The position numbers were made by a program, and so were the translations under genes. The notes beneath the pieces were generated by a model, which searched no databases, was not told where the DNA came from, and worked only from the letters and a program-made list of their open reading frames with translations. A stretch of DNA of 64,000 nucleotides from assembly GCF_009914755.1 (NCBI RefSeq), contig NC_060947.1; one strand, given 5' to 3'. Source of the stretch: the human T2T-CHM13v2.0 reference genome, Homo sapiens. This document shows positions 1 through 12,480 of the stretch, in pieces. Positions within the stretch are counted from its first letter, which is position 1. Each line of letters starts with the position of its first letter.

Positions 1-655
1 AATCAGGATATCAAAGAGATATCTGCACTTCCATGTTTATTGCAGTACTGTTCACAATAGCCAGGATTTGGAAGCAACCCAAGTGTCCGTCGATGGGTGA
101 ATAGTTAAAGAAAATGTGGTACATCCGCACAATGGAATATTATTCAGCCATAAAAAAGAACGAGCTCCTGTCATTTGCAACAACATGGATGGAACTGGAC
201 GTCATTATGTTAAGTGAAATAAGCCAGGCACAGAAAGACAAACTCCATGTTCTCACTTATCTGTGGGTACTAAAATGAAAAACAATTGAACTCATGGAGA
301 TAGAGAGTAGAATGATGGTTACCAAAGGCTGGGAAGGGCAGTGTGAAGAGGGGTGGGGAGGAAGTAGGGATGGTTAATGGGTACAAAAAATAATTATAAT
401 GAACAAATAAGATCTCGTATTTGATAACACAACAGGGTGACTATAGTCAATAATAATGTAATTGTACATTTAAAAATAACTAAAGGAGTATAACTGCGTT
501 GTTTGTAACACAAAGGACAAATACTTGAGCTGATGGATGCCCCATTTACTTTAATGTGATTATTACATATTGTATGCCTGTATCAAAATATCCCATATAA
601 CCCATAAATATATACACCTAGTATGTACAAACAAAAATTAAACATTAAAAAAAAA
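1..655 (+). mobile_element. LINE-1 3' end (L1MA2/L1MA3-like), cut by window start
   Basis: L1 ORF2-end/3'UTR motifs (ATGTTTATTGCAG, CAACATGGATGGAACTGG, GTTAATGGGTACAAAAAA, CAACAGGGTGACTATAGTCAATAATAA) ending in an A tail at ~655. Confidence 0.9.
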
Positions 656-1081
656 GACTACTAGGACTTGGGGTAGCTGGTCATTTGGAAGTCCTTGAGT
701 GGTGGCTCACTGTGACAGCAGAATCCTGGGTGCTGAAGGGTGGCAGCAGGTGACTGAAGCAGCCCACCCTCTTCCTCAAGAGTCGGGAATCCCTGAATCC
801 TAAAGACAGAGGATGGAAAGGCCCCATCCCAGGATACTATCTGGGCAGCTAGGGCACCTTGAATGTATCACCTAGCAGCTGTTTGGGAAAAACTTCAGTA
901 CAGATAGAAATGGAACATTACCAAGAGAGAGAAGCAGGCTCCCTCCAGGCTAGCACCTCACTCTTGGCCAGAAAAATTCCCAGAAGCTTGACTGCTTGTT
1001 TTCATCTGTAAATCTGAATGGTGGTCGGTAGGGAGGGTGTAACGCGGGACCCTCTACTACAAAATAAAATGCTAGACTGAG

Positions 1082-1582
1082 TGTGTTGGATATATCTAAT
1101 ACCTTGCCTCATATCCTCTTGGCCCACCTAACTTTCTGTGGTGGCAGCCAGCCATATGCAGGTGGCAAGTAACACCATCCTACCCTGGCTACACTAGTTA
1201 TCTGATCCAAGACTTCCTGTAGCCTCTGTGTTCTGAGGGTATGCACAAACCCGAAGGGAGTTAACCCCCATGGGAAAATCCTTGACCACTAGGAGATGGC
1301 AGTCAGAAGATAAGTATTCGTCCCTAGGGCAGAGAACTCTGAGGAACATGCTACATGGCGCTCAGGGGGATCTCCAGAAGGATTGAGCTCCAATCGTCTG
1401 CAGTATGGACAGCTTACTAACGTGCCCTTTAGACTGGCTTTTCATCCTCCCTGTTTCACTCTTCCTAGTACCCCCTTTTCTGTTCCTTGGGATCACTTTC
1501 CAAATTAAACAACCTATATGCACGCCGTGTCATGACAGCCTTGTCTCAGGCTCTGCTTTTGAGGGGAATAAAACCAGAACAA
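1082..1582 (+). mobile_element. ERVL solo LTR (LTR16C-like)
   Basis: GGAGTTAACCCC...GGATTGAGCTCCA...GTCTCAGGCTCTGCTTTTGAGGGGAA resembles the LTR16 body and 3' end. Confidence 0.65.
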
Positions 1583-1693
1583 GGCAATATGCCTACACTA
1601 CTGTAGAATTGGATACAAGGGAACAGAGCAGAACTTCGGAAATTCTGAACCCAGTTGGAGAGAGACTGCCATGTTGGGAAGTCCCTCTAGTGC

Positions 1694-1907
1694 AAGATTT
1701 CTTAACCTAAAGCACTGACGTTTTGGATGTGATAATTCTTTGTTGTGGGGCAATGATCTGACCATTGTAGAACGTTTAGTTGCATCTCCAGCCTCTACTG
1801 ACCAGATGCTAATGGCACTCCACCCCTAAGCTGTAATAATCAAGACCATTTCCAAACACTGCTAAATGTCTTTGAGGGGCAATTCACTCCTGGTTGAGAA
1901 CCACTGC
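1694..1907 (+). mobile_element. MER20 (hAT-Charlie MITE), copy 1
   Basis: TTTCTTAACCT...GATAATTCTTTGTTGTGGG...CAGATGCTAATGGCAC...GGTTGAGAACCACTG. Confidence 0.85.
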
Positions 1908-2195
1908 TTTAAGGGAACACAAACTCATGCTGCATGTTCAACAGATTGTTCAAATCTCAGCATGTCTTTCTATGGGATAATGGGAGGATGGGAGTCTTAT
2001 GGCTTCCTTTTATCCTGATGCCGGCTTGTAAATTTCCCGTTCCCAATAAAGCCTATCCTTCATACCATGGCACATTGTGGAATATATACTGAACTCTGGC
2101 ACGTGACTGACAGTGGTTCGGACAGTGGTTTCAACAGCTGATACGAAAGTGGTGACCATGAAGGGATGTGTACGTGTACTTTTGCACCAACCTAA

Positions 2196-2350
2196 TATAT
2201 ATATATATATATACACACATGTGCACACACACACACCTTATATGCATATATATACACACATAGGCACACACACATATATATACATACGCACATATACACA
2301 CATACACACACACACATGCACACACACACACACACACACACGCACGCACA
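2196..2350. repeat. Compound (TA)n/(CA)n microsatellite
   Basis: Direct reading; it produces the spurious ORFs at 2010-2418. Confidence 0.95.
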
Positions 2351-3107
2351 TTTGCATACAGCCTCAGGAGATGCACAGACCCCCTGAAGACCATGCATGG
2401 ACCTAGTAGAGTCCACAAATCCCAGGTTAATAATGCACGCGTAGGTAGAGTTTTTTTTTTCCCCTAAGAATACTTAATAATAGACTTGGATCACAAAAAT
2501 AGTCTGTTTGTTCCACTTATTCAAATAAGTATAAACATCTGGATTTTGAATCCCTGGATAGTGTTCCACTCAAGGAGGAGGTGCTAATCTCCTTTGACAG
2601 TTTTAATTTTAATGCCGCTTGGGAAAACATCTTTCTCCCAAAAGAAAACACCTGGCCTGCCCTGAATCACCTGTCATCAAAAGCCTGTCTCAGTGTTAAA
2701 TCATTCTCCTGCCCTTCCTTCCTATTATCACCATAGGCTTCTATTATCACCATTTCTGGCCTTGCCAAGGAAGATAACTGATTTATTCTGAAGTGGCTTA
2801 AAAGAATTTACTTTATTAAACTTTTAACAAACTATTGAGAATTAAGTTAAATATTTGAAATTTGGGGTCCAAAGATCGTGATGCGTGGAGGTGTAGGGCC
2901 ATGGGAGGATGGACACCCAACAACAATCTGACATAGTGTAAATGTCTTCATGAGATGGTTATTTTTTAGTTTCTGGCTCAAGGGAAAAAAAAGTCACAGT
3001 TTTAGCCATTGTGGTAATAAGTTATAAAAGCTAACACTTATTGAGCACCATGGTAGATATGCTAGTTGTCCACCAACTATTTGTGCTTTTCTTTCCATAG
3101 AGTAGTA

Positions 3108-3508
3108 GTGTTGCCGGATAGCAGCTGCCCAGACAGCCAGTACATTTCTCAGATCCCTTTGCATCTAGAAAGGACCACTGGCCAGTGGAGTGGAAATTGA
3201 ATTGATTTATACTACATCTGAGACTAATCCTTAGAAGCCTCTCACCAGATCCTACACTCTCTTTCTTCTTCCATCTGACAGCTAGATGTCGACATCCAAG
3301 GTGGCCTTGGAAGCCAGTTTTTGAAGAAGGCAGAAGAATATCCTTTATCTTTGAACCTTTAATGACTACATGGAGCAGAGCATCATCCTTTCCCACCTTC
3401 AACCTCTGATCAGCCTTCTCATGAATGAGAAATAAATTTCTCTTGTGTAAAGCTTCTGAGACTTTGGGACTTTGCTCTGTAAGAGCAACTAGTATTATTT
3501 CAACTAAA
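3108..3508 (+). mobile_element. MaLR LTR (MLT1J/K/L-like)
   Basis: ATGACTACATGGAGCAGAG, GAGAAATAAATTTCTCTTGTGTAAAGC...TTTGGG are typical of the MLT1 3' part. Confidence 0.65.
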
Positions 3509-3589
3509 TGAAGCACTTAACATATGCTACACACTCAGTTTTTTTTTTTTTCTGGTTCTCTGGCTGAAAACACACAAAGTTTTTTGTAC

Positions 3590-3790
3590 GCTTATCTGTT
3601 TTAATTCTTATAACATCCTTATGAGGTAAATATATATATTGTTCTCAATTTATAGATAGGACCCAAGACATAGAGAAATGTTGCAGTTTTCCTAATGTCA
3701 CTCAGTAAATAAATGGCTGAACTTAAATTCAAACCCAAGGGGTAAATCTCTAGAACTTCTGCTTCTTGGCATTCTATACTACTGTCCCAG
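3590..3790 (-). mobile_element. MIR SINE remnant
   Basis: AATTCTTATAACATCCTTATGAGGTA...ATTTATAGAT...GTCACTCAG...ATTCAAACCCA is the MIR core in reverse orientation. Confidence 0.7.
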
Positions 3791-4069
3791 TAGAAGTCCA
3801 GCTGCCACTCAGGTTTCTTAACATCATAAGGTGAGTTCACGTGTCATTCTGTTTTATATTCCATATGGTTATAATTTTTCCCCTCTCTGGGATGTTGGAA
3901 CACTAAGTGAGGATTTTATTTTGAGACAATGAAGGGTCTCAAAGCAGATGATACAAATTACAAAAACCATCTCACAATTCAAATGAATGTGATGAAGACT
4001 TTAATTTCTGAGTGAAACTTTAAAAGGCGACAAATTTTTAGGAGATGAAATGGATTATATCATCTCTAT

Positions 4070-4620
4070 TGTGACAACTTAAATATGGTTATAAATTATT
4101 TGATGTTTTCCCCATTAAGAGGCAAGCTCTATGTTCCATCTCCTTGAATATGAGCATGCTATGTGACTATTTTGACCAAAAGAATATCATGGAAGTGACA
4201 CTATGACAGTTTCTGGGCTTAGGCCAGAAAAGAATGGCAAGTTCCACATCCTGTCCCTTGGAATACCCACTCTTAGAGCCCTGAGCTGCCAGGTAAGAAG
4301 TCTGGTCACCTGTAGACTGCCATACTTTGAGAAACACAGCCACACAGGAAAACTTGGATAATAATACACTATGTGGAAAGAGAGAAAGGGAGATTGACAA
4401 AGAGGCAGAGACCACACAGCTTCAGACATGTGAGTAAAAAGTTATCTTGGAAGCCCATCCTCTGGCCCTCCTCTCTTGATAATACATGGATCAGAGACGA
4501 ACTGCTCTGCTGAGCCTTTCTGGAATTCTTGACCTATAAAATTGTGAGGAAAATAAAATCTTTGTTTCGAGCTGCTATGTTTTGGGAAAGAGTGTTATGT
4601 AGCAATTGATAACTAAAACA
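4070..4620 (+). mobile_element. MaLR LTR (MLT1G/H-like)
   Basis: TG start; TTTGACCAAAAGAATATCATGGAAGTGACACTATG; 3' end TGTTATGTAGCAATTGATAACTAAAACA. Confidence 0.8.
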
Positions 4621-5399
4621 TCCATTATGATGGCTATAATTTATTTAAGACCAAACTAAGCTTAGGAGTTGATCAGCAAAAGGTAGAAGAGCTTTATCTG
4701 TACAAGATTTAACCCCAGAGAAACTGAAAAGCAAGAAATTTGATCTTACAAAAGTGAGAGATTGAATAGTCATTAATCCAATGCCAGATGGTATCCTGGG
4801 AGAGCATAGAAACAAGAGAAAACATAGCCCCCCAAAACCTGTGGAAACAGAAGCTATATTCCTAGATTTCTAACACAAAAAGGGGCTGGACTATGTTTTG
4901 CCCAATTTAGTTTGCTCTCCAGGAAAAGACTTAACATATGGAAACATAAGGACGGGATGTCATTGTTACACGTTTTGTGGGTATTTCGTTAATATAGGTC
5001 CACTCTACTTCTGTTTTGTAGTGATGGTTCCCCCAGAGGAGTTTCTTACTCCTAAATTCACATTTTCTGCCAAGAGGACTTTGGGATTCTTGATTTTTTT
5101 TTTAAATTTGAGATTCCCGACATCTCAGAAATTGTCTTCAGACACCATAAAACTCATCCTGTAATTACCACATTTTCACTTTGAATCTTTATTATCCCAT
5201 TTATAATAAATGTGCTAATAAACCATTTATCTGTAAGAAATGTAAGAAATATAAAACTTGAATCATTCACACAATAATACAGCCTCACTGGCAGTTTAAA
5301 AGGCCACAATAACAACATAAAAGGGAATATTATGCCGCTATTAAGAATATAAGTTCTCTGTGACATGAAATGGAAAGATCTCTACACTTTTCTTTTTTA

Positions 5400-5600
5400 A
5401 AGCTTCACGATATATCCCGAATGGGTATAGTATGCTATCTTTTGTGTTAAAATGAGAAAATTATGGTGCCATATTTCTATCCACACAAAAATATTCTGGA
5501 ATTATATTCAAGAAACTAATAAAAGTAATTACCTATGGATCTGGGGGGATGAGGAAGCAGACTGACTTGGGACAGGGTGGGAGTGAGACCTTTTACTTTA
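5400..5600 (+). mobile_element. Old L1 (L1ME-like) 3' end remnant
   Basis: TATAGTATGCTATCTTTTGTG...AAGAAACTAATAAAAGTAATTACCT...GGGTGGGAGTGAGACC. Confidence 0.5.
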
Positions 5601-5603
5601 CAT

Positions 5604-5670
5604 GTATATGTAAATACATATTACCTATAGGCATATGTGAATACATATTACATATAGGCATATGTAAATG
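5604..5670. repeat. 27-bp tandem repeat, ~2.5 copies
   Basis: TATGTAAATACATATTACCTATAGGCA / TATGTGAATACATATTACATATAGGCA / TATGTAAAT. Confidence 0.85.
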
Positions 5671-5699
5671 TTCAATCATAGGAATGCATTATCTTTTTA

Positions 5700-7942
5700 A
5701 AAATAATCTGAAGTCCATAGTTTACATTAGGATTCACTCTAAGTGTTGTACATTTTATGGTTTGGAACAAATGTATAATAACATGTATCTATCATCAGAG
5801 TATCATATAGAATATTTTTCACTGCTGTAAAAATCCTCTGTGCTCGCCAGTTTATCTCTTCTCACCCCACCCCAACCCTGGCAACCATGAGTTTTTTTTA
5901 CTGTCTCCACAGTTTTGCCATTTCCAGAATGTCATATAGTTGGAATCATACAGTATGTAGCATTTTCAGATTGATTTCACTTATTAATATGCATTTAAAG
6001 TTCCTCCATGTATTTTCTTGGCTTGATAGCTCTTTTTTTAGTGATGAATAATATTGCATTGTCTGGATGTACCAGTTTATGTATCTACCTACTGAAGGAC
6101 TTCTTGGTTGCTTTCAAGTTTTGACAATTATGAATAAAGCTGTTATAAATATCTGTGGGCAGGTGTTTGTGTGAACATAAGTTTTCAGCTCCTTTGGGTA
6201 AATACCAAGGAGTGCAATTGCTGGATTGTATGGTAAGAGTATATCTAGTTTTGGAGGAAACTGCCAAGCTGTCTTAAAAAGTGGCTGTACCGTTTGGCAT
6301 TCCCACTGGCAATGAATGAGAATTTCTGTTGCTCCGTATCCTCGTCAGTATATGATGTCAGTTTTCTGGATTTTGTCCATTCTAATGGGTAGGTAGTGGT
6401 ATCTCACTGTTGTTGTGCTTTTTTCCCTGATGATATGTGATGTGGAACATCTTTTCATATGCTTACTTGCCACTTGTATATCTTTGGTGAGGTGTCTGCT
6501 GAGATCTTTGGCCCCTTTTTTCAGGTTGTTTTCTTATTGTTGAGTTTTAAGAGGTTCTTTGTATATTTTGGATAACAGTCCTTTATCAAGTATGTCTTTT
6601 GCAAATATTTTTCCTAATCTGTGGTTTTTCTTCTAATTCTCTTGATGTTGTCTTTTACAGGACGTAAGTTTTTAATTTTAATGAAGTGCAGTGTATCGAT
6701 TCTTTCATGGATTGTGCCTTTGGTGTTGTATCTAAAAAGTCACTATCATACCCAAGGTCATCTAGATTTTGTCCTATATTATCTTCTAGGATTTGTATAG
6801 TTTTGCATGTTACATTCAGGTCTATGACTCATTTTGATTTAATTTTCGTGAAAGCCGTATGGTCTATACCTAGATTCAGTTTTTTGCATGTGGATATCCA
6901 GTTGTTCCAGCACCGTTTGTTGAAAAAGATGATCTTTGCTCCATTGTATTGACTTTGCTTCTTTGTCAAAGATGAGTTGACTACATTTACGTGGCTCTAT
7001 TCTGTTCCATTGATCTATTTGCCTATTCTTTCACCAATACTACACTGTCTTAATTACTATAGCTCTGTAGTAAGTTTTGAAGTTAGGTAGTATCAATCCT
7101 CCACTTTGTTCTTCTTCAATACTGTGAGCCCTTTGCCTCTCCATATAAACTTTAGAGTCAGATTGTTGATATTCACAAAATAACTTGCTGGAATTTCCAT
7201 TGGAATTGCATTACATATTGACAAAATTGGGTCTTCCTACTCATGGACATGGACTATCCATTTAGTTCTTTGATTTCTTTTATCAGAGTTTGATAGTTTT
7301 TCTCAGATAGATCTTGTACATACTCTGCTAGATTTATACCTAAGTACTTTATTTTGGGGTGCTAATGTAAGTGGTATTATGTTTTAATTTCAAATCCCAC
7401 TTGTTCATTGCTGTTATACAGAAAAGCGATTGACTTTTGTGTATTAACCTTATGTCCTGCAACCTTGCTTTAATTGCTTATTAGTTCCAGGATTTTTTTT
7501 TTTTTTTTTGGTGTGGATTCTTTTGGATTTTTTACAAAGACTATCATGTCATTTACAAACAGAGATCATTTCATTTCTTCCTTCCCAATCTGTATAACTT
7601 TTATTCCTTTTCTTGTCTTATTGTGTTAACTAGGACTTTCAGTACAATGTTAAAAAGAGTGGTCAGAGGGGACATCTTTGCCATATTCCTGATCTTAGCA
7701 AGAAAGCTTCTAGTTTCTCACCATTGAGTACGATGTTAGCTGTAGATTTTTTTGTAGTTTTTTTTTTTAATCAGATTGAGGAAGTTCTCCTTCATTCCTA
7801 GTTTACTAAGAGGTTTTCTTTTTTTTTTTTAAATGATGAATGGGTATTGAATTTTGTTAAATTCTTTTTCTGCATCATTTATATGATCATGCAATTTTTT
7901 TTTCTTTTTTAGCCTATTAATGTAACGGATTACATTAATTGC
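5700..7942 (-). mobile_element. LINE-1 (L1MC1/L1MB8-like) 3' UTR plus decayed ORF2 end
   Basis: AAGTCCATAGTTTACATTAGG, TTTCCAGAATGTCATATAGTTGGAATCATAC, GATATCCAGTTGTTCCAGCACCGTTTGTTGAA, TTGAGGAAGTTCTCC. Confidence 0.9.
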
Positions 7943-8395
7943 TCACTTTCCCTCCCTTCATGGATTCATATGGATGAAAAAAGGCATGACACCAAGAGGC
8001 AACATAAGGGCTTTTTTGGATCCCCTCCTAATTTTCACTGGCCATCTCCCATTGTTGACATGGAAGACAGCTGACATTTCTCAATTAAGTGTTGTACAAA
8101 TAGAAATTTAAACTCTCCGTAGCTCAGCACCCTCCTCTCCTGTGCTTATTGTCTTCCTAAAGCTCTTTTTATGCAGGAGTTCTAGAGTCTGGAGCTACCA
8201 TTGAAGAAAATACTGTCACAGGCAGGGGGATATTTTCTCCCTCATAGAACGTTTCTTTCCAGTTGGCACTAGTTTAGAGGACCATGAGTCACATAAGCTA
8301 TAAGACCAGCTGTGTGAGACTCAGATAATGAATTTATCTGGGTGATTACTTTTCAACACATTCAACCCAATGTTCCCCTTCAGACTACGTAGGGT

Positions 8396-8872
8396 GTATT
8401 AATCAGCTGTTTCCTCAGTAAGTGATTGCCCAATAATGCTGCATAAGAAACAACCCCTAACCTCAGTGGCTTACAATAACAAGCATCTATCCCGCTCACA
8501 GGTCTGTACACTGATTGGGGTTCAGCTGGATACAGCTGAGTGACTGTTCTTCAAGCTGTTGGTTGGCTAGACCTGGCTTCAGGTTGTGGTTTGGGTTCAG
8601 GTGTACTCCACATTTCTCATCATGGGGACCAGGCCGAGGTGGCAGTGGCTACTGGGGCATGGTCTTCTCATGGATGAATTTTGGAATGAAAGAGCCAAGC
8701 CCAATTACACAACCACATTTAAGACTTTGCTTGCATCACGTCTTCTAACATGCCATTGTTCAAAACAAGTCACACGGTGAAGTGCAACATCAAAGGGGCA
8801 AGGAAATATAGTGTGCCCACAGTGAGGGGGGAAGAGAATAAATATTTGCTGAACAATAATCCAAACTATCAC
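8396..8872 (-). mobile_element. MaLR LTR (MLT1J/K-like)
   Basis: TGTATT...GCTGCATAAGAAACAACCCC..CTCAGTGGCTTACAATAACAAGC...CAAGTCACA...TTGCTGAACAATAATCCAAACTATCACA. Confidence 0.8.
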
Positions 8873-10039
8873 ATCAACTTTCCCTCTGGACTTCAAATGG
8901 AGTAAACAACTTTCTCTACCCTCCTTTGTACATTTTCTGTGTGAATTGAGAACTAGGTGTTTAAAGGAACATCTTCTATTGCTTGACCCCGGGAGGCCCA
9001 CTTTTGCTCTCTGGAATAGAGGTTTTAGTTCTTTACATGCTGGTAAGTCCCTCCTCAATCTATTCTTATAATGTTTGTCTACTCATTAAGTTTTTTTTAA
9101 TTCCTAGCTTGTCTGAATATTTTTTCCTTCACTATTCCACCCATTACCTCCCCTTTAAGTAAGAAATAAACCATAAACCAACTAGAGTTGTTTATCAAGA
9201 ATCTGATACATGCTTAGCCATATTCGGTATATTAGATACAGAAAAGTGTTCCTGTGAGTTCTTATCCTTGGGAACTCATAACTGAGTATCTAAATTGGAT
9301 TACATATTGAACTCTGTGATATGGACTTGGTGTGACAGTTCACAGGTAAGAGCAATTTTTCAAGGTAGAGATAGTTAAGACAAAGGTGGACCTTGATGAA
9401 TGGGTAGAATTTTGCATAGAGGGAAAGGAGGAGGAGAAGGAAGGGTGTTACTGGAGGGTGAAGCAGCATAATCAAAGACCTGGGGGCAGAAGTAGGCCTG
9501 GAGTGGGCTAAGACTGCTCTATTATAGAATCCATGTTGTTTAAGGTTTCAGATTTCATACTTCGAAATCCCCAATCCAGAGGGAAGACAAATGGAAGAAG
9601 GCAAAGGCATGGCTTAGATCATGAACGGGCTCTAGTAAATATGACTTTATCGTCCACTTCTTAACTGCCAGGGTGCTGACCACCAGGCAGTGAAGCCTGC
9701 ACCAGGGCAGCTCTCAGTCACATGTGCCTCTGGAGACAACATTAAAGTCACTTGATAATAATAGTACTCATTCCCATAGGTTCCCAGTGCCACTGCCGTG
9801 TTTCACTCTCCAGAAACCCTTTCACTGTCTAGGACCCAGAAATCATCTTTGACTCCTAGATCCCTGATCCATGCTGTCTCCTGGGGGCTACTGATCACTA
9901 CAGGACCGGGCAACCTCTTTCCAAAGTCCCCTTCTAGGTGAAAAATATTAATACACACTTTAGAAAATAAGTAATGTCTTGTCAGGTAGAACTTTACTGA
10001 GGAGACACTTTAGGGTTATAAGCTGAAGACGAGAGTACT

Positions 10040-10150
10040 CTATTGGGGTTGGAGTTGAATCTTAGACATACAAGATAGCCATATGACCTTGAGGAGGTTA
10101 ATTCAGCTTTCTTGGGCTCACTATCCTCATATGTAAAACGAGGGAGTTGT
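10040..10150 (+). mobile_element. MIR remnant
   Basis: GAGTTGAATCTTAG...ATGACCTTGAGG..GTTAATTCAGCTTT...CCTCATATGTAAAA. Confidence 0.55.
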
Positions 10151-10157
10151 GATATAT

Positions 10158-10335
10158 CTGTGGTTTTTATGCCTGGCTGCTCATCAGGGTCATTGGGCAA
10201 GCTTAAAAAAGATCTCAACGCCCAAGCCCCATCCAGATCAATTCAATCACAATGTCTGGGGGTGGGACTTGGAGAATCAGTACTCAAAACAGAACAAAAC
10301 AAAATAATAACAGGGGATTCAAATAGGGAGCCATT
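10158..10335. mobile_element. MER5B-like hAT-Charlie MITE
   Basis: CTGTGGTTTTT..CCTGGCTGC...CCAGATCAATTCAATCACAATGTCTGGGGGTGGG...GGGGATTCAAAT. Confidence 0.6.
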
Positions 10336-10404
10336 GTTTTTAGTGCTCTTTAAAACTTCTGCTACCTTTAAGGTTTGATAATTCCATAGGATAGCTATAA
10401 TTAT

Positions 10405-10670
10405 AATAATATATAGCTGTTATTATTATTGGTGGACATTCAGTGAGTATTATATGCTACCTTACTAAACATTTTACATGAATTATCCCATTTCTCACAA
10501 CCACCCCGTGACAAAAGTACCAGTCTTATTCCATTTTTCAGGTGCAGAAACTGAGTCACAGAGAGGTTGAAGTTATTTCTCCAAAGATTACATTGCCAGA
10601 AAGGGAAGGTTTTAGGTTCAAACTTGGAAGTCATCTATCTGACTCAAGATCTTTGATAGTTTGACAAACT
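10405..10670 (-). mobile_element. MIR SINE
   Basis: TTATTCCATTTTTCAGGTGCAGAAACTGAGTCACAGAGAGGTTGAAG is the MIR core. Confidence 0.8.
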
Positions 10671-11551
10671 ATATATAAAAATTATAAAAATAACCCCATA
10701 GGAGATAAAGATGAGGCCAGATATTTCGTAGTGGTGGGGACATGTGTAGTGAGGGAAGTGCTAAGTCAAGTTGGAAGGGTATGGTAAGACCAACCTCACT
10801 TGTTCCCCTGATTCATATCCAATATTTTGAGTACTTTTATATTGAGCCATTAAATTACGCCCGAGGACATGTGCTTCGTGTGGTAAGTTCCTGCTTTGCT
10901 ATATTTTCTAACCTAAAAGAACTGGTAAAAGACTCAACATGGAATGTGACACAGATGGTCTCTACTAAGGGATATTTCTACCAATGAAACAGGCTTGCCA
11001 GTTAGTTTCCAAGGCTCTGATTTGCTGATAATTCACACTCTCCCCTTTTGGCTTGGTTCCCTAGCCCATCTCTCAGTGCCTGCATATTTAAAGCTGTCCC
11101 TGTCAGAAGGGAAATTGTAGGTAGAAGAACTCCACTTCCTGGTAATCTGATGGTCATTAAAACATGGTCATTGACCAAAACCCTTAAGGCACAGAGCTCT
11201 TCAGTTGGCTTATGAACACACTTTTGAGAGGATTAACTGCAAAGCGTGTTTAATGGAGGGCAAATCAGTCAGTCACAGGCAACACAAATGGATGCAAGTT
11301 TTACATTCTGGAAAGCTTTCTTGGGAGGAAATGCCTGTCATACTATGCAACAGAGGTTGTTCATTGTCATTCAACATGGGAAATGCCACAATGCCTACAT
11401 TTGGGCATTTAGCTCTTGTGGAGCAGATTTCTGAAGACACAAAGTGGTGAGAAGAAAACACTGTAAATTAAGCTGTCAAGTCCATGTGCTTAGCTTAACG
11501 TAAATACGCATATACTCTGTCATTAAAAGCTCAGTGATGCTCTTGACCACC

Positions 11552-11623
11552 AGAGGAGGAGGAGGAGGGAGGAGGAGAGGAGGGAGGAGGAGGAGGAGGA
11601 GGAGGAGGAGGAGGAGGAGGAGG
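11552..11623 (+). repeat. Pure-purine (GGA)n tract, 72 nt
   Basis: Direct reading; uninterrupted GGA units over 11583-11623. Confidence 0.95.
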
Positions 11624-12339
11624 CATTTTTCTGTGAGTTTCTAACTTAGGTTTCGTCTTTTCCAGAGTTTGCTTTTTCAATCGTAACATACTTTTCCTGC
11701 AATTTTCAGGATTCTGTAGCCAGCTTACTTGCATGCATCCATTCATTTATGCCTCCGTGCATGCATCCATTCATTTCTGTATTGGTTCTTTCAGCAAGTA
11801 TTTGTTGTAATGCCAACTAAGTGCCAAATCTCTTAGTCATGTTTCCGTGTGACTGGGCCAACAGTTTTCCTGAAGCTTGGATAGTATTTTCCACCTAAAT
11901 TTTCTTCCAAAGATGAATAACTGTATATTTGTTACACGATAATTATCAAATGTGTGTCTCTTTATTAAGCTTGTGGTATACAACAGACACAACATTTAAA
12001 AAGGCTATTTAATTTGCAACTTGTAAGGTAAACCAGCCTAAGTTAAAAGGCTCCCTTTGTTCCCCATTTGATAACTATGGTAATGCCTGGTCTTCCTCTC
12101 TCTTAACTTTTACATCTTTAGAGAAGGAAACCTTTGGCTCCTTTTTCTCATCTGCTTGCCTTGGTGCTGAACTCCCTGAGTTCATCCTGGCTTTACTGTT
12201 CTGTGACTTTGCTTTGATTTAAAGTGCTCATAGCTTCTTCATTCACAACAAGACTGCAGCTTCTCTCTCAGTTTCTGCCTCCATCAGCTGCCAGAGGAGG
12301 AGTCCTGTGCGGGATGGGGAGGGGAGAGAATGACACAGC

Positions 12340-12480
12340 ATCTCCTCCTCATTTCCTTTCCTTGCATCCACTTCTCCCTCTCCCTCTCCTCCCACCTCTC
12401 CTCCCTCTTCTTTCTCCCTCCCTCTCGCACCTTTCCTCCCCCTCCTTCTTCCTCCTCTGTCTTTCTTCTTTCTTGCTTAT
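12340..12480 (+). repeat. CT-rich low-complexity tract
   Basis: Nearly pure pyrimidine CCT/CTT run. Confidence 0.85.

Noticed and set aside
2010-2418. Overlapping ORFs rich in HT/CV/YI repeats
   Set aside because: They are translations of the TA/CA microsatellite.
3031-3516. Longest ORF (161 aa, minus strand)
   Set aside because: It runs antisense through an MLT1 LTR, lacks an ATG start and shows no recognisable domain.
6085-6952. ORFs with L1 ORF2-like peptides
   Set aside because: They are fragments of a decayed, frameshifted L1, not an intact gene.
11531-11746. Poly-proline ORF
   Set aside because: It is the antisense reading of the (GGA)n tract, with no other coding evidence.
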